Source of the DNA: Octopus bimaculoides
Lineage: Eukaryota
Length of the DNA: 64,000 nt
Direction: 5' to 3'
Assembly (NCBI RefSeq): GCF_001194135.2
Contig: NC_068995.1
Coordinates: forward strand, 54,229,290-54,293,289
Part shown: one piece after another, positions 63,964 through 64,000 of the stretch
Layout: each line of letters opens with the position of its first letter
Position numbering within the stretch: position 1 is the first letter of the stretch
Notes under the pieces: model-generated
Told to the model about the DNA's origin: nothing
Seen by the model: the letters and a program-made list of their open reading frames with translations, nothing else
The model's database searches: none
Position numbers and translations under genes: made by a program

Positions 63964-64000
<37 letters not shown>

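Overview
AT-rich, microsatellite-dense animal genomic DNA from a draft assembly. It has 11 N-gaps totalling about 4.2 kb, nearly all bordered by (TA)n. The repeat families resemble octopus/coleoid cephalopod SINEs; this is recognition from memory, not a database search. There is no complete protein-coding gene, rRNA, CRISPR array or prokaryotic feature. The window is intronic/intergenic and full of decayed mobile elements: an internally deleted L1/Tx1-clade LINE (11.0-12.4 kb), two R4/Dong-clade LINE 3' fragments with a restriction-like endonuclease (25.3-25.8 and 28.0-29.1 kb), a CR1-type 3' end, a Helitron helicase remnant, Penelope remnants, a young 522-bp MITE with GG termini and an 8-bp TSD (Merlin-like), and about 25 copies or fragments of several tRNA-derived SINE families. 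The most notable items are (1) a minimal hammerhead-ribozyme motif in a Penelope 3' end at 63226-63270, (2) a 180-nt Cys-rich minus-strand exon candidate at 41221-41400, (3) the MITE, whose left arm carries a templated insertion, (4) a SINE tail resembling the Tx1 LINE 3' end, and (5) an orientation switch of SINE families near 44-45 kb beside a TATA+Inr motif. Short exon calls rest only on splice-signal reading and are low confidence.
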